Shown one piece after another: positions 14,301 to 29,300 of a DNA stretch of 64,000 bases (position 1 is its first letter; each line of letters opens with the position of its first letter). The notes under the pieces were generated by a model. It was not told the origin of the DNA and did no database searches. It saw only the letters and a list, made by a program, of their open reading frames with translations. Both the position numbers and the translations under genes were made by a program. Origin of the DNA: Paragordius varius (lineage: Eukaryota > Animalia > Nematomorpha); NCBI GenBank assembly GCA_964247055.1, contig OZ176051.1, forward strand, positions 8,060,001 to 8,124,000, given 5' to 3'.

Positions 14301-17300
14301 GAGGGTAAAATTAAAGCTAATATTTATTTAAATTACATCTAACTTTAATAGAAATAGAAAAAGCGGTTTATTTTGTATTATTTTTCAATTTTACCATTGC
14401 ACACATGTCACGTTGACAAAATTTTTACCTTTCAGTTTTAGCTTAAAATGAGTAATATAGTATTTTTTTAATATACATTGTATTAATGTTATATAAGTGC
14501 AAAATTTTGCCATGGTTTAGATTATTTCCATATTTTTTAAAAAATTTTATTTTAAATAGGCCTGAGGTATCCAACTACCCCAATTTGAATCGAAGGACTG
14601 AAATGAATGTGTTTGTATCCAAGTGTTAATATCCTAAATAACATTCATTAAAATAGTTAATATCATCAACATAAAATTCGCATTTTCGGTCAATTAAATT
14701 TATTCTATAATATTTATTTAGAATCGTAAATCTATACTTTTATTTGAGCCATATCACATCTATTGGGGAGCTTGGCATCGCAAACAATTAATTCTATTAC
14801 AAAATGGTTAATGGTGTCAGGATTATTCGTTTTCTTTAATGGTTTCTCCGCCTTTTGACCAGTGGTAAACGTTAAATTTACAAATGATTTTGTAATAATT
14901 AAATTTCCTGTCGAAGGATCTACGGTAAAATATTCATTTTTTTCAATGTTGTCGGTATTAGATAGGCCATTTGTTAGTGATGAATGTGGATCAAAATATA
15001 ATTGTTTTTCCATATTTTCTTTATCAAAGGTTTCTGTGTAGGATGTTAACTTTTCTAAACTGTTTAAACTTTGGGCAAATTCGAGATTTGGAAGGATAGA
15101 GCCATTTTCATAAATAAAACCCAAATTTGATTCAGCTAAATGTTGATTTTTAAAGATAGTTTCAACATTTTTTATTTGATATATTTGTCTGGCATTTTCA
15201 CCCTCATCTTTATCAATAACCTTTAAAAATCATTAAATGTAGTTAACAAAGTGCAATTTATCAAATCAAATATGATCAATCCTATATCATTAGTTAATCA
15301 TATAATTATATGAAATTTAAACCTTGAAAAAAAATGGAAACTATTTTTTATTTGAAAGTTTGATCATATTATTAAAGCTCCTACACGGTATAACCTATCC
15401 AAATAAATATTGTTTTAAATCAAAAAATTAAGTTTTATTAAAAAAAAGAATTAGAAATAGATAGATATTTTAACTTAGAATTTAGTTTCAGACGATCAAG
15501 CACATTAACCGGTCTCACCGCTTATAAACACAGATATTTGTATTAATTACTATAAAAATACTCATTCCAACTGTACTGATATATAATTATTTAAATTGGT
15601 CAAAAAGAGGTGTCCAAACTGATAAAATATTTCATGATTTTTATTTTAAATTTCGGCAATAAATATTCGAAAGGTGATTAACATATTTAAACTTATCGAC
15701 TAATTATAATCGGTCAATATAAATATTATTATACTTTAAATGGAATTTGTAAAAATGTTCCAGGCTTGCTATTTATACGAACACCCGATTGATAATGTTT
15801 GCTTTGAAACTTTGGGAAATTATCATTAATATCCAATATTTCTATTATGACCTTGGAATATATATATATATATTGAAACTGTATAAATTTAATTGCAAAC
15901 GTCCCCATTCCTGCATAAATAGGTCAATAAAATTAAGAAAATGCTATCCAAAAAAAGGCAATTAGTCTTTAATGCAAGCCCTGGTTTCGTAAATGATTAT
16001 CAGAAAACTAACCTTTAAAATGGATGGGTTTTCATCAAAATTTGATGGATCTTCGGTCGGATTAGAATTGCAATCGTTATTAGCTAAGATATAAATTGTG
16101 TAAACTGGAATTGTCTCTCGATCTAATAAACGCTGAGTAGAGAGTTTACGGGATTTGGTGTTTAAGTGAAAAGTATTGTCAATGTTTCCCGCTTTAATGT
16201 AAGTAAAGGAATAAAGTTTATGACAAACGCATATTGTACATTTTTATAGATAAAGATAACAAATACCGATAATAAAATAACATGTCTCCAAAGCATCGGT
16301 TAATTTGGAATTAGCACTATTATGACCATTTTGAGTGATAGCAGATGGAATGCTTCCAAGGTTTGAATTTATACTTACATTCTCGTACACATCCAAAAAC
16401 TTGAAGGTGCGCTGCATAAAAAAGGAGAATTTATTATAATTGTGCTCAATTAAACATTTATTTTTTACGTAAATAATTTTATATAAATATTTTAACGCTT
16501 TAACCCTTAATTCAACTGCAAAAATAATAATAATACAACCTTTTCCAAATCAAATATGGGTTTGACATTATTGTTTATCAAAAAAATATGCATTGGGAGA
16601 TTCGTTATCAATCGAGGGCTTCCATTATCCATAACTTGTGCCATAATCTAAATACAGAATATGTAGGTAACAAAAATTAAAAACCCCTTTGTAGCTAAAT
16701 GAATATAATGCTGTAAAAACGTAAAGTTTGAAATCGCTATACCTATTTTAGTTTAATAAATTTGATAAGCACCTAAAATACCCATACCTGAAATGAAACT
16801 TTAGGCACGTAATTGTTGGACACGAAATCATTCTGTAGGTTTAAAGCACCGTTATTGACATTTAAATCAAAATACTGTGAATCGGGGAAAAAGTGTGAGT
16901 TAAGGACATAACTAATTTCACCATTGATTCCACGATCCTGATCGATTGCCTCAATTTTGACGATAGATTTACCGTTTAATGTTGAAGCATTCTAATAACA
17001 TAAAATATTTTATACCCTTGAACTTGTAGAAAAGGAGAATACAGTTACCATACCAAACACAAACGTAAAAAAATATGGACCCAATATAACCAAAAAGATA
17101 ATAATAATAAATGTTAACCGTTCTTATCTCTTTGACCATGAATTGAAAAGCTTACATAAATTCCAATATTATTCTTATCCCAACTCCAAATTTATAAATA
17201 TTAGTAAATAAACGGCTCTTTCGGATTTAAAATTTAAATTATCAAAATTATATTAGTAAAATTAAAATTTTTAATAAATTCATGTTAAAACCTTATGGCA

Positions 17301-20300
17301 TATATCATAAATACAGTAAAATTTAAAATTATACAGACAAAACGTGAAAATATAAAGACAAATATTTTTTTCTAAAAGACAACCATACCTTTTTATCTTG
17401 ACTTTTTTAATATAACTCATTATAGAAATGTCAATTGTTAACACAATCAATTATGTATTTTACGATTGTAACAAAATGTTTTTTATAGGATAAATTAAGG
17501 ATTAAAATATGGTTGTCTTTTAAAAAAAATTTGTCTTAATATTTTTACATTTTGTCCGTATAATTTCAGTTTTTACTGTAAAAGATCCATCCTTACATTA
17601 TAATATATGTATAGCTCATTATTGTTGTTGTTATTGTTGGTTGGAAAAGATGAAATGTTAACGGGTAAAGCGGCAAACTCATCTTTAGTAGATTTTTTAA
17701 TTTTGTTTGATAAGGTAGTATAATTAAAATTATTGAATTGCGGATAGATAATTTGAGGAGCATGATCATTAATATCATCTATGTAAAGCCTTATGAATAA
17801 AACGGGTGACGTTAGCTGAGAATGTCCTGAGTCTTGAGCTATTACACTAAAAACAAATGGCCAAATTAATTTGGAGTATATCGTATCTTCTTGTATTATA
17901 TCCATGAGTGTTTGGGTTGGAAATATATCCCCCGTATTTGGATTAATCTCTATCATATCTAATAATAAAATATAATAAAATATTTTAGGACACGATGTAT
18001 CAAACAAGAGATAATTAAGCAAGAGGTCGTTAAAAATCAAACTAATTTAGATTTCTGTAAGTTTGTTAACTATTTTATACCAATTTAATATGTTTAGGTG
18101 CTCTAAAGCTAAAATAAATCCGTGACTAGTTTGAAAAAAAATCCGCTTTATATATACCATTTACAGATGAACACCCTTGAAAAATTAAAATTCACCCTAA
18201 AAAACTATATGTTTTCGAACGAATATAACTCATTGTTATAATATGAAATATATCTTTATGGCATAGTTAATGGTTTTAGTATTATTTTAATTTTTAATAA
18301 AATCTTATTTTTAAAAATATATCAAAATATAAGTAATTTTTAATCTTAAAAATCACATAATTTATTTGAAAGGTGAATTTAAATTGTAAATGGTATATTT
18401 TGAATAAAAACACTGGTAGAGTTAATTTCAAATGTTTTAAAAAGTTTATTGGGGCGGACTATAAAAAATTTACTTGAACCATTTTGGTTATCGTTATTCA
18501 TGAGATACTTAACCAAGGCATTTGGTGAGTCTTTTTGATCAAGGTCCTTGGCCTCTAGTCGGTATAGTGATTCGAAAGTTATATTTTCCAAAACATGTAA
18601 ATCAAATATCATTAAATTATTTGCTGTTAGATTAGGAGTTATCCAGTAGGGAGCATTATCGTTTTCATCCAGAATATTTATTTTGATCTAGATTTTTATA
18701 TCAATAAATTAATTGGTTTTATATATATTTTACAAATATTTAATTTATCAAGGTTTTGGTCCATTTTCTAAATTTTGTCCGATTTCAAATATTTAAAAAA
18801 CCCAAATATATCCTATAAAGTATGAATAATATAATTTTTTAGTAAAACTTAATTAAAAAATTTTATTCACAAAACCGATATACATGATTTAATTTGATGT
18901 TAATCTATTAGTTTTCAACAAGTTTATATTAATCTTCGTTTTTATTCGTTAGAAATGAAGCATAGTCTTTTATAGTCAAAACCAGTTCAAAATACGCCAA
19001 ATGCAAATTGTATCTTTATAAAAACAATTTAACCAATTAAATAGGTAGTAATTTCAACCCATTATTAAAAAGCCATATTTTTACACCTTAATACATGATA
19101 AATATTTGACTAGTATTAATAGCAAACAGGTCAATACATATATACACAACAACACTACTCTCATTAATAAATATTCTTGCTATAATATTGATTAATATTT
19201 AAGTATAATTTAATTAATTATTTTTTTTTGTGATATTTGTAAATTAAGTGTTAAGCTTCAATAAAAGAGGTTAAATTAAACAAAAATATTGAGATTAAAT
19301 ATTCTTAAATTAATTTCAAATGATATAAATATAAAATTAAGATACAGGTTAATATGTATGGTTAAACAAAGTTTAAACGTCGAATTAAAAGAAAAGATAT
19401 GTAAAAAACTAAATAATTTACTTTCGTTTTGTTTTCATTATAGTTTTCATTGAATTGGTTCATATCCCAATTATCGCGGACTGTTATTTCCAAAACATAG
19501 GAAGAGAGTGTTTCGCGATCAATGGGTAGGGTAGTTGTTATAACACCCTAAAAATATAAACAGAGTTATTCAACACTAGTCATATCCACTCTTTAATTCT
19601 TTATCTATTGCGCCATGGATATATATATATATGTAAAGCATACTAAATAATGGGACGTTAGTAAACTACTTTTCCACGATTATTTAGAATAATACTTAAT
19701 TACTAAGTTTTATAAGAATATTACAATTTGGGGTTTGATGAATTGGCACTGATGTAAAATATAATACAAAATAACTTTTGCATTTTTGCTATTCTGGCAA
19801 TCCAAAATTTGAATACCTCTTAACTAATGAAAACAATGATTGAATAAGTATCGATAATATCCTATAAAAAGATAATTAAAAATATTTATCGCATATTTAT
19901 ATCTATTTAGTATAAAACAGAAATATTGCGGCATTTGTTGAATATTGCGCCTTAACTGTAAAATGTAAATTTTATATTTGGATATTATAGATATTTTTGG
20001 ATGATTTTAAATTTAAATGTGCTCTGGGGTAGAAAACTGCCTTAAATGGTAGTAATGAAGTGATGACAACTTTGTATGAACGAATCAATTGTTATAAATG
20101 TGTTAATTGGAATTCGTTAGAACACTAGTATACAATTAAATTATATATAGAATTAAATTATGCTAGTTTGGAATAAATTTTTATTCTCACATCATCATCA
20201 TCATCAAAATTTGTAATGGATTAAAAGTTTTACTGTATTTGAATCGATTTTAAAACTTCCTTCCGAACCATGAGTTATGAAATATGATATACGTCCATAA

Positions 20301-23300
20301 TACCCCGAATCAAGATCATATGCTAAAACAGTGTGGACCACTGTATTAATGGGCACATTCTCATATATTTCAAGTGGTTTATTGGTTACATTGATGAATC
20401 TAAAACAAACATCAAACAGTTTTGTGTTGATACTTATTATACTATTTTAAAAAAAAATATTTTTCGTGTAATTTACCATGAGGAGTATTAATTCAAATTT
20501 GGCGTGAAAAAGATTATAAAAAATATTTCAGTTTTGGTGTTTAAATAATTTACATTTGGGTTAATAGCATATATTAAATTCAAAGCCAGATCATTTGTAT
20601 CTGTTATATTTACAATTTAATTTTTATTCTATGAGACTTATTTAACATATATAGTTATCAAAATTATTTATAAAAATAACTTTGGTGTGTTGTCATTTCG
20701 ATCCAAAATTTTAATTGTGACTGTGGCCTTGCTTATAAGTGGAGGTAATCCGGTATCCATGGCACTTACTGTAATGTTAATCCAATCAGTTTCTTCTCTA
20801 TCAAAGCCCTTTAATCCGTATATAATACCTAAGGAGGAATTTTTTTAATAAATAATACACGAATACATTTATTGAAATTGTGTTATATTAATAATTGTGT
20901 CAAGTTGCAATCAAACATATACCTGTTTGAGAATCGATAGTAATAAGATCTTTAGGATAAGGTTCCAAAAGGCTAAAAATTATGCTTGAATTATAGTCTT
21001 CATCAAGCGCATCCAAGTTTATCAATTCTTTCATGTGGTCTGATGGATCGTTTATGTGAACCGATTCAAAGATAGATTTAAAGTAGTGATTGGTTGGCAA
21101 AAACAAAGGTTGGAAATCATTAACATCCTCTATGATTACATCTACTATGGCTAAATTTTTGCATATTAAAATTATTTATTTTTTATATTTTTAATTAAAT
21201 ATTAAAACGCATTTATTCGACAACCTTTATTTTTAAGTGCTACTTTTGAAACAACTTTTTGCTATATATCTGAGCTTCGAGCCGGAACCGAAACCACATA
21301 GAACCGAAATCCGGTCCTGAGATTTTAGCACCGGTTCCGTTGGGTTGGAATTCCATTTTCGGTTCCATTTTTTTCGCATCGGTTCGAAGTCCTGCTATAT
21401 ATACTTCAACTAACAACATTTTTTATTAAGAACCATCCATATAAAAACTAACATATGATTTTAAGTAAATGGAGGTATTAATTTAAAAAATATTGTTTGC
21501 GTGTTTTGAATAAAAAGCTAATTCAAAAGTTTTTAAGCTATAATTTGAGAACCAGATTGATGTCTGCATAATATTTAAATAAAAACTAGAAACTCTATAG
21601 CTTTATAGTCAAATTTTATCAAAAACCTATATGAAAGCATCTGTTATATAATAAAATTTAAAGAGACGTTTAAATATATATTTGTTGTATTAACGATTAA
21701 ATTTCAATAAAGTATCAATTTGACAAAAGGAAATATATTTGTGGTACATAAAAAAAACATTTTTAATTTAATTTTATTACCAAAATCTTGTTGGGTTCGA
21801 GTAGCGTTAACATCCATAACCTTAATTTTAAAAGTTATTTTTTCAATAATTTCTCGATCAATATTTGCTTCTTTGACATAAATGGTACCATTTTCGGGAT
21901 CAATACTAAATAAATGTGTGATATACTGGAATTCTTTGTCGTTCAATCTAAATTAAATTTTATAATTTATTATTTTATTTCTAAACGCCGCCCAAATAAT
22001 AGTATGGCTAATTAAAATGGGATTTTTTCCCTCCCTAAAATAATTATATTTTAACAGTAATGAGCCCTTCACCACATTATGAACCCTTATGGCCTTTTAA
22101 CAATCATATCATTGGGTTAAACTAGCTGCTATAGCAGTGTTACAGATTTTATAACATTACATTAGTCAATTAACCAAAAGTTATACAAAAATATACCTGA
22201 TTGGATCTCTTTTTGGGGATATTGCTGATAAATACTCAACTATTTCGTATTTCAGTTTGGAATGCATATCTGGATCATGGGCGTGTATTCCTTCATATGT
22301 CGGAGTTTTTGATTTTGAATTTTCAATTATAACTTGTGCACCAATCATTGAGTTTTCGGTGATTCTCCCGACATAGTGTTCATTCGTAAACTTTGGCATT
22401 TCATCATTAACCTCTTCTACTAGTATGGTAAGCGTAAATATGTCAGATATTTGTTGGGGTATACCCCTATCTTTTGCAACGATATATAGAGTATAGTTAT
22501 TAGAATTTCTCAAGTTTTCACCCCACATTTGGCTCTTTGATAGTAAGTCTAAATTAAGAGTTGCCATAGGCAAAAGAGTCAGCGCTCCAGTTTCGGGATT
22601 TAACCAAAATTTTGGGGATTCTTGGGATATATTAAAGAAATAATTCACATCTCCATTGTATGGAGAATATATATCATTATCCTTGGCACTTACTTTATAA
22701 ATTATGGTATCTAAAACAGTTTAAAATAAGGATTAGACTAACGGAACTTATAAATTAAAAGGATGCACAGTATGGATAAAATATACCTGATTTTAAAGTT
22801 TCTGGAACGTAAATGATATCTATTGATTTTGGAAATAGAGGTCGATTATCGTTAGCGTCCTGTAGGTTAAAAACAAATATATTTGACAAATTACAATTTA
22901 ACTTATATCGGATTTTAAATTGGTCAAATAATTTGCTTATCTATGATAGCAGAATTTGCTTAATTTATGTAAGGAAAATATATTAATATATAATCACAAA
23001 GTACAATTAACAAAATACAACATCAAAAATATACCTCGATTTCAACTTTGACAGAAACTAAGTTTGATAAAAAGGGCGAACCCAAATCATATGCTTCCAC
23101 CATGAAAACCAGGGCATTATTAATCAAATATTTAAAAACCGTTTCATAATCTACGATCGTAACATTTGATGGCTGAATTAAACCATTTTCGGAATTCAAA
23201 TCGAAATGCGAAGTTATATATCGATCTTTGTCTGATTTGTAGACAAAGCGGTATTGCACCTTGCTATTTAAATTTTGAGGGTCATCCGCATCCTGGGCCT

Positions 23301-26300
23301 AATCGTTTATCATATAAAAAATAAATACGAATTACTAATACAGTAATGCATATTATGTTAAAATTACTAATAAAAAATTATTGGTATTCAAATCAAAAGT
23401 TTTCGCTTCTCTGCCATGCAATGCGAGATTAACGGTATTATTTCAACCTGACATATTTTAGAGTAGCGTATAATGATTAATAGATGGATGCAATTGAACA
23501 ACTTTTTCTCTATACGTTAACATAATTTTGTTAATTAATTAATTTGAGTAGAATACTGAAATTCAGACCATACACTACAGGTCGGACCTGTGGCCCTTTT
23601 CCAGTTTTTTGTGCCCACTTAAGTTCCAGAAAAATCAACAAACTTAGAAAGTGAGTGTGCCAAAATCTAGGCTGGTCAAAAAAATTCTTGTGAGGCATAA
23701 TTGGCGTATTTCACTACCAAAATTTATACATCAAAACCTACTAAACTAATGTAGCTTATCGTTTCAACAGTTTTACAGTATGAGTAAGAGTATATATTGA
23801 AAATTTATTAATTATTGCCAAATAACATACGCAACAAAGAGAATTAATATTGACTTATAATAGTAAAAAGTGGAAAAAATAATTATAAGCCAATAATACT
23901 GCCCTTTGTTAAATATGCTATTTGGCAATTATCAATAACTTTCTAGCAATATAAATTTACCCATACTGTATATTTGTTTATATGCGATACACGTACAAAA
24001 TAACAACCGTTTAACATATTATAATTTATTTTGGCATTTTTTACTTTATCATAAATACTAAGCATTTTACTATAATTACATAAAAAGTAAATAGATTTTT
24101 TATGGATTCAGCTAAACATATTGCACAAAAATCAACCAAACCACAATATAACCTTATTAAACGAAATTGACAAAAATAATAACCTACTTCTAAATTAAAC
24201 TGCTAACATATTGATTAAGGTTAGAGAGTCGTTAATTTTTTTGGAAATTGTATAAATTTGGCAATGATAGAAATCAAAGATTTAATTTTAACCTACAGTA
24301 ATTCGACGTGTGGTAATAAATAAAATCACACACCGAGGAAGATTTAATTTGCCGCCAGCATAAAATAATTAAAAGGGCAGACGACCAAAATTGCCTAGAC
24401 CTGCTCGATTAAAATATTTCAATAAGATGGCAGATAAAATTAATATTATGTAAGATCCTGCGTTTACAAATATTAAAATTACCAAATATTTTAATACAAA
24501 TTGGTTTCAAATATAAATTTGTATTAATTAAAAAATAGAATCAAATGATGATCATATAAGTCTCTAAATATTTTTTTAGCAAATTAATTAAAACGATTTA
24601 AATATTTAAATTATTAATTATAAAATATCGATATCATATAAATATAAACTTTTATATGGAGTGGTTGTCGAAAGGCTTTTTGACCCTCTACCAGGTAAGC
24701 ATCATAACTTGATTGTATAAATATGGGCCAATTGTCATTTACGTCAAGTATGTTAATTTCAATTTCTACGGTTAATTTGTTAATTTGGCCATTTATCAGA
24801 GACGTATTGGCGGTTGGATACATATGCATGTAATTTCCATCTGTTATATCTACATTCAGAATATATCTAGATTTTGTTTCACGATCAAGTGTGGAATTAA
24901 GTAGAATCCAACCATTAAATTGATTAATCGAGAATCTGGTGCATCGAAAGATATAATAAAATATTTTTTTATGGGTATAGTTGCATGAAAACCCTAAATA
25001 TGATCCTGATAGCCTATATATTTTTTATGGTATTAAAATTGGAATGGCCTTAAAATAGAAATAACATGTTAACTTTTTATATTATTTCTAAAGGTAACCC
25101 ACATCTATGAAATAGTAATTTGGGCGATTGTTAAAAAAATTAATTTAATTAACTTCAAATTTCCTTATATATGACAACAGATTAGTGTTAAAATTGATAT
25201 AAAAATTAATGGAAATATCTTATATTTATTATATTGCATCAATGGATCCCATATATTAAAGATCCAAAAGGTCAAGATTTAGTTAAAACTATTTAATACT
25301 TTTCATGAAATTCTCCATACAGCTTTTCATAACGTATCATTGAATATTTTTCACTGTAATCATCATCGCGAGCCTGTAAAACACCAATTAAAAATATGTC
25401 ATTTATATTTTAAGTAAAAAAAACTAAATAAAATAAATATCCAACTTTTTCATTTAAGAGGTCCAGAGAATGTATTAAAAAATATATTTTGATTGAAATA
25501 TTTTACAAAATATATATATTTGAAATGCGATACGCCCGAATGAGACACACAATAAGAATTTAACCGAATATTTATTAGACAGAAATTCTAGACTAGGGGT
25601 GTCCAACAAACGGCCCGCGAAAACTTTGGAAATTCATATATTGCAAAAATATCTCACAAAATCTTAGTAAAATTGATATTTCCAAAACAATTTTCAATAT
25701 AAATATCCAGTAAGAAGTAAAAAATATTTTGTGTTTGCATTTTACAGCTTTATATGAAATCTAATAATTTATTTATGAATGCCGATATATATTTTTAAGG
25801 CTCGCCAGATCATTTGGGTCAATACTGCGGCCCGCGAAGCCATTTCTGTTAAACACCCCTGTTCTAAAGATAAATTAAATGTTTCTTCTTTTTTCTAATA
25901 CTGCCAAATAATTATAACCTTTTTGATTTTTATATCAATTACCAATTATAATAATTAAAATATAAATCTAATAAAAAAATTTATGGAATAACCTACTTCA
26001 TGGATAGGGTATTAAGAAGAGGTTTATATATATTTTTCCAAGTCTACACAAAATATATAATAACTCCTACAAATCTCCCTAATAATTATGTTCACTAAAA
26101 TATACTATTTCTTAAAGTTAGAAAAAAATCTTACCTGTAAATGAAAAATTCTGTCCCCGACTCTCGTATCTTCAGAAACATTTATAAAAATTTTATTTCC
26201 CCCAATTATCTTGTATTGATTATTTTCCGTTTCATTTGATGAAACTGTTGTTAAAAGATACGGTTTTTCATCATTAACATCTTGAATTTCGATTGTCAGG

Positions 26301-29300
26301 TCGACTATGCTTTCCATCTTTTCTTTCGTGTTTGATTCAGTTGCGTATATCTATACTCAAAATCAGGACATATTTATTACCAATTTTCCATTCATCTTCT
26401 TAAAATATTTAGAAATTAAATTTTTATTTGTAAAAATAACTATTTTATAAAATTTATGAAAAGAAGAACGAAAAACCTTTAAATAAATAAATTGTATCTT
26501 TTCTCGATCCAACAAAGTGTTATTGATTATTCGTAACACCGGTGATATTTCTTTAGATGCATGGCTTGGGGAAATATCAAAATAGGACGAGAATTGTCCA
26601 TCGATGCGTAAATCGAAAACGCTATTTTCACCCTTGATAACAAAAATAATTTCTAAACAGATTCTGATATAATTAATACGTCTTTATTTCTATGAAACTA
26701 TATATAATAGATATATATATACTCGGTATCCATAATTTAAAATTATTATAATTGAATAAAACAAAAATTATCGAAACACGCCACAACTCTCAATTTATAT
26801 GGTTAAAGCCTATCTTGGCAGTCAGCGCATAAACTTATTTAAGTTAAAATTTATATAATTTTTGACATAGGTTATATCATATCAGATAAATAAATTATTT
26901 ATTTTTTCAACAAATATCTACATGATGTATTTGATCCGAATGTACGTAAAAAATTTATTGATGAAATATATATTCAGATAGGAAAATTAATCTTATAATC
27001 AAAAATATAAAATATTAATAATCCATAAATTATTTAATTTTCGTTTTAATATTGCTGTAATGCTTCAAATATTTTGACATACATTATATCTTAATGAAAT
27101 GCATTTTTTCAAAAAAAAACTTTTTTGATGTCATAACCCAGCATAGATTAAAATTCCACGCAATGTCGGCATTTCTGCCTTTAAGTTCGAATCCCTGATC
27201 TCAAAATTGAAATTTAATATATGGTTTGTTATATACTTAAATGATATTTTTGTAATTAACACTTCGATTCAAATTGGGATAACTAAAGATGCCATATTTA
27301 AATTGATATATTAAGAAACTTCTGAAGCAACGGTACCAATTTAATATTCCTCAATCAAAATAATCATCATATAAGCCATATTATAAATATGAGCTTAGAA
27401 AAAAAAATCCATATCAAACTGCTTCGACGCTATTTTACTTTTGCAAAATATCGTTTTAACATTAACATTAAAATTAATTTTTATTAGAATTACATTAAGC
27501 ATTAATATAAGCAGGAAAACCGGTTTATTAAATTATATTATATTTTATAGTAAGCTAAATTATTACCATCTGTTTTATCCATTAATTAAATACTAACTTT
27601 TTTTAATTAACCTTTTTTTTTATTTCGGTTCAATGTTATTGCAAACTTTTGCAATGGTTTCAATTTGTTTCATATTTTTACAAATTTGATTTTAAACAGG
27701 CCTGGGGTCCCCAAAGATCCCAATTTATATCGGAGAACTGAAATGAATGTGTTGTATCCAAATGTTTAACATATAGTTTTCACGAAAAGATATTTCAGCA
27801 AAGTGTGCGCAAATTTTGCAATTTTTTGATAATGAGCAATTACCATACAAGTATAATATCTTTTTTTAAAATATTTAGGTTTAAAACAACCAAATACACC
27901 ATAAGTATCCTTTTTATTTTTTACCAATATATATATATATATGTATATATATAGTTTTTAGACCTTCCGATTTCGTAAATCGTCCATATTTGGCTTTACA
28001 AAGTTTGGACAATAAATCATATAATAAATTTTTTCTCGGTGCCAATGAGCAATATATATATATACCTTAATAATAAAATAAATATATTTTTAACTAACAA
28101 AATTGATTTCGGATTTTAAACAACAAAAGTATTTGAAAAATATTTAATGAAATTTTAATTATTTACATAAATTAAGATACAGCTGACTGTCAAAATAGGT
28201 AGTTTATCGTTGCAAATGCATTCTAAATCTCACTTTTATACTGAGAGATACAGGGTTCTTTTCGAAAATTACATTTATGATTCAAACTTGTTATCCAATG
28301 ATCATATTTATGCTCCATTATTATTAATCAATTGGCAATCAAGCATGTGAACATATTAATGTTGTAAGGAAAAAAATTGTTTAATTTTATTTTAATTGCC
28401 AGTTGACCAACAATAATGTGACAATAAAGGAAAAATACACGGTATTCAAATTACTAAGTCAAGATCCAAAATTTTTATTTCGATACCATCCTGGCGCATT
28501 TGATATTTTTCGAGCTGCCCAGCCAAACTCATATGGGCTTTGGAAAAGCCGTTGAAAGGGTGTACTTTAAAATCATAAAATTGAATTGTGGAGTAATTTG
28601 GTGTGTTTTCCGGAACTATCCCGTAAAATTTTAAACGGTTAAATGTTGGGGCACAGTCATTCACGTCATCAATATGAACTATAACATTTGTTTCAGCCCA
28701 TATAATAGACTTGGATTGAGAATTTGATTCGATTTCTTCAGCCTAAATTAAGATTGTTTATTTATCATAATATGTTAAAATAAACTATATACTATTTTAT
28801 TTTGCATTTAGTAAATATAGATTTAACTATATTATTTGAATCAACTGTCTAGATTTCTTGTTTGTTAAAAATATTCATATAAATAGTTTATCGAACCCGA
28901 ACAGTGATGGCAAAAGTAGAGCTTTTATATTGAGACTCAAGTGCTTCTCTATCAATATGGTTATTAACTAATATTTGACCGGATTCCGCATCTATTTGAA
29001 AAGGGGCATGTAATATTGTTTTGGGTGTCGGTTGGGATAAAATCCTTTGATTTATCGTAATATCTAACACAACGAAAAAAAGCATTGCAAAAGGATGTAT
29101 ACTTTGGATATCGTTTATAAACTATTTTTTAAAATATTTATAAATGTAACTTGTAATAGAGTAAAGAATTTTGTTATTGATTTCTATATCGCCGTCTACC
29201 GCTCTGACTCTTATAACACGGGTACCCTTGTAAAAAAAATAGTAATTTATAATATTTGAAAATAAAAATTGGAACGCACATATGGATAATTAGTGAAATA

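Noticed and set aside
27160-27195. GTTCGAATCCC as a tRNA T-loop
   Set aside because: No T-stem pairing, acceptor stem or D-arm.
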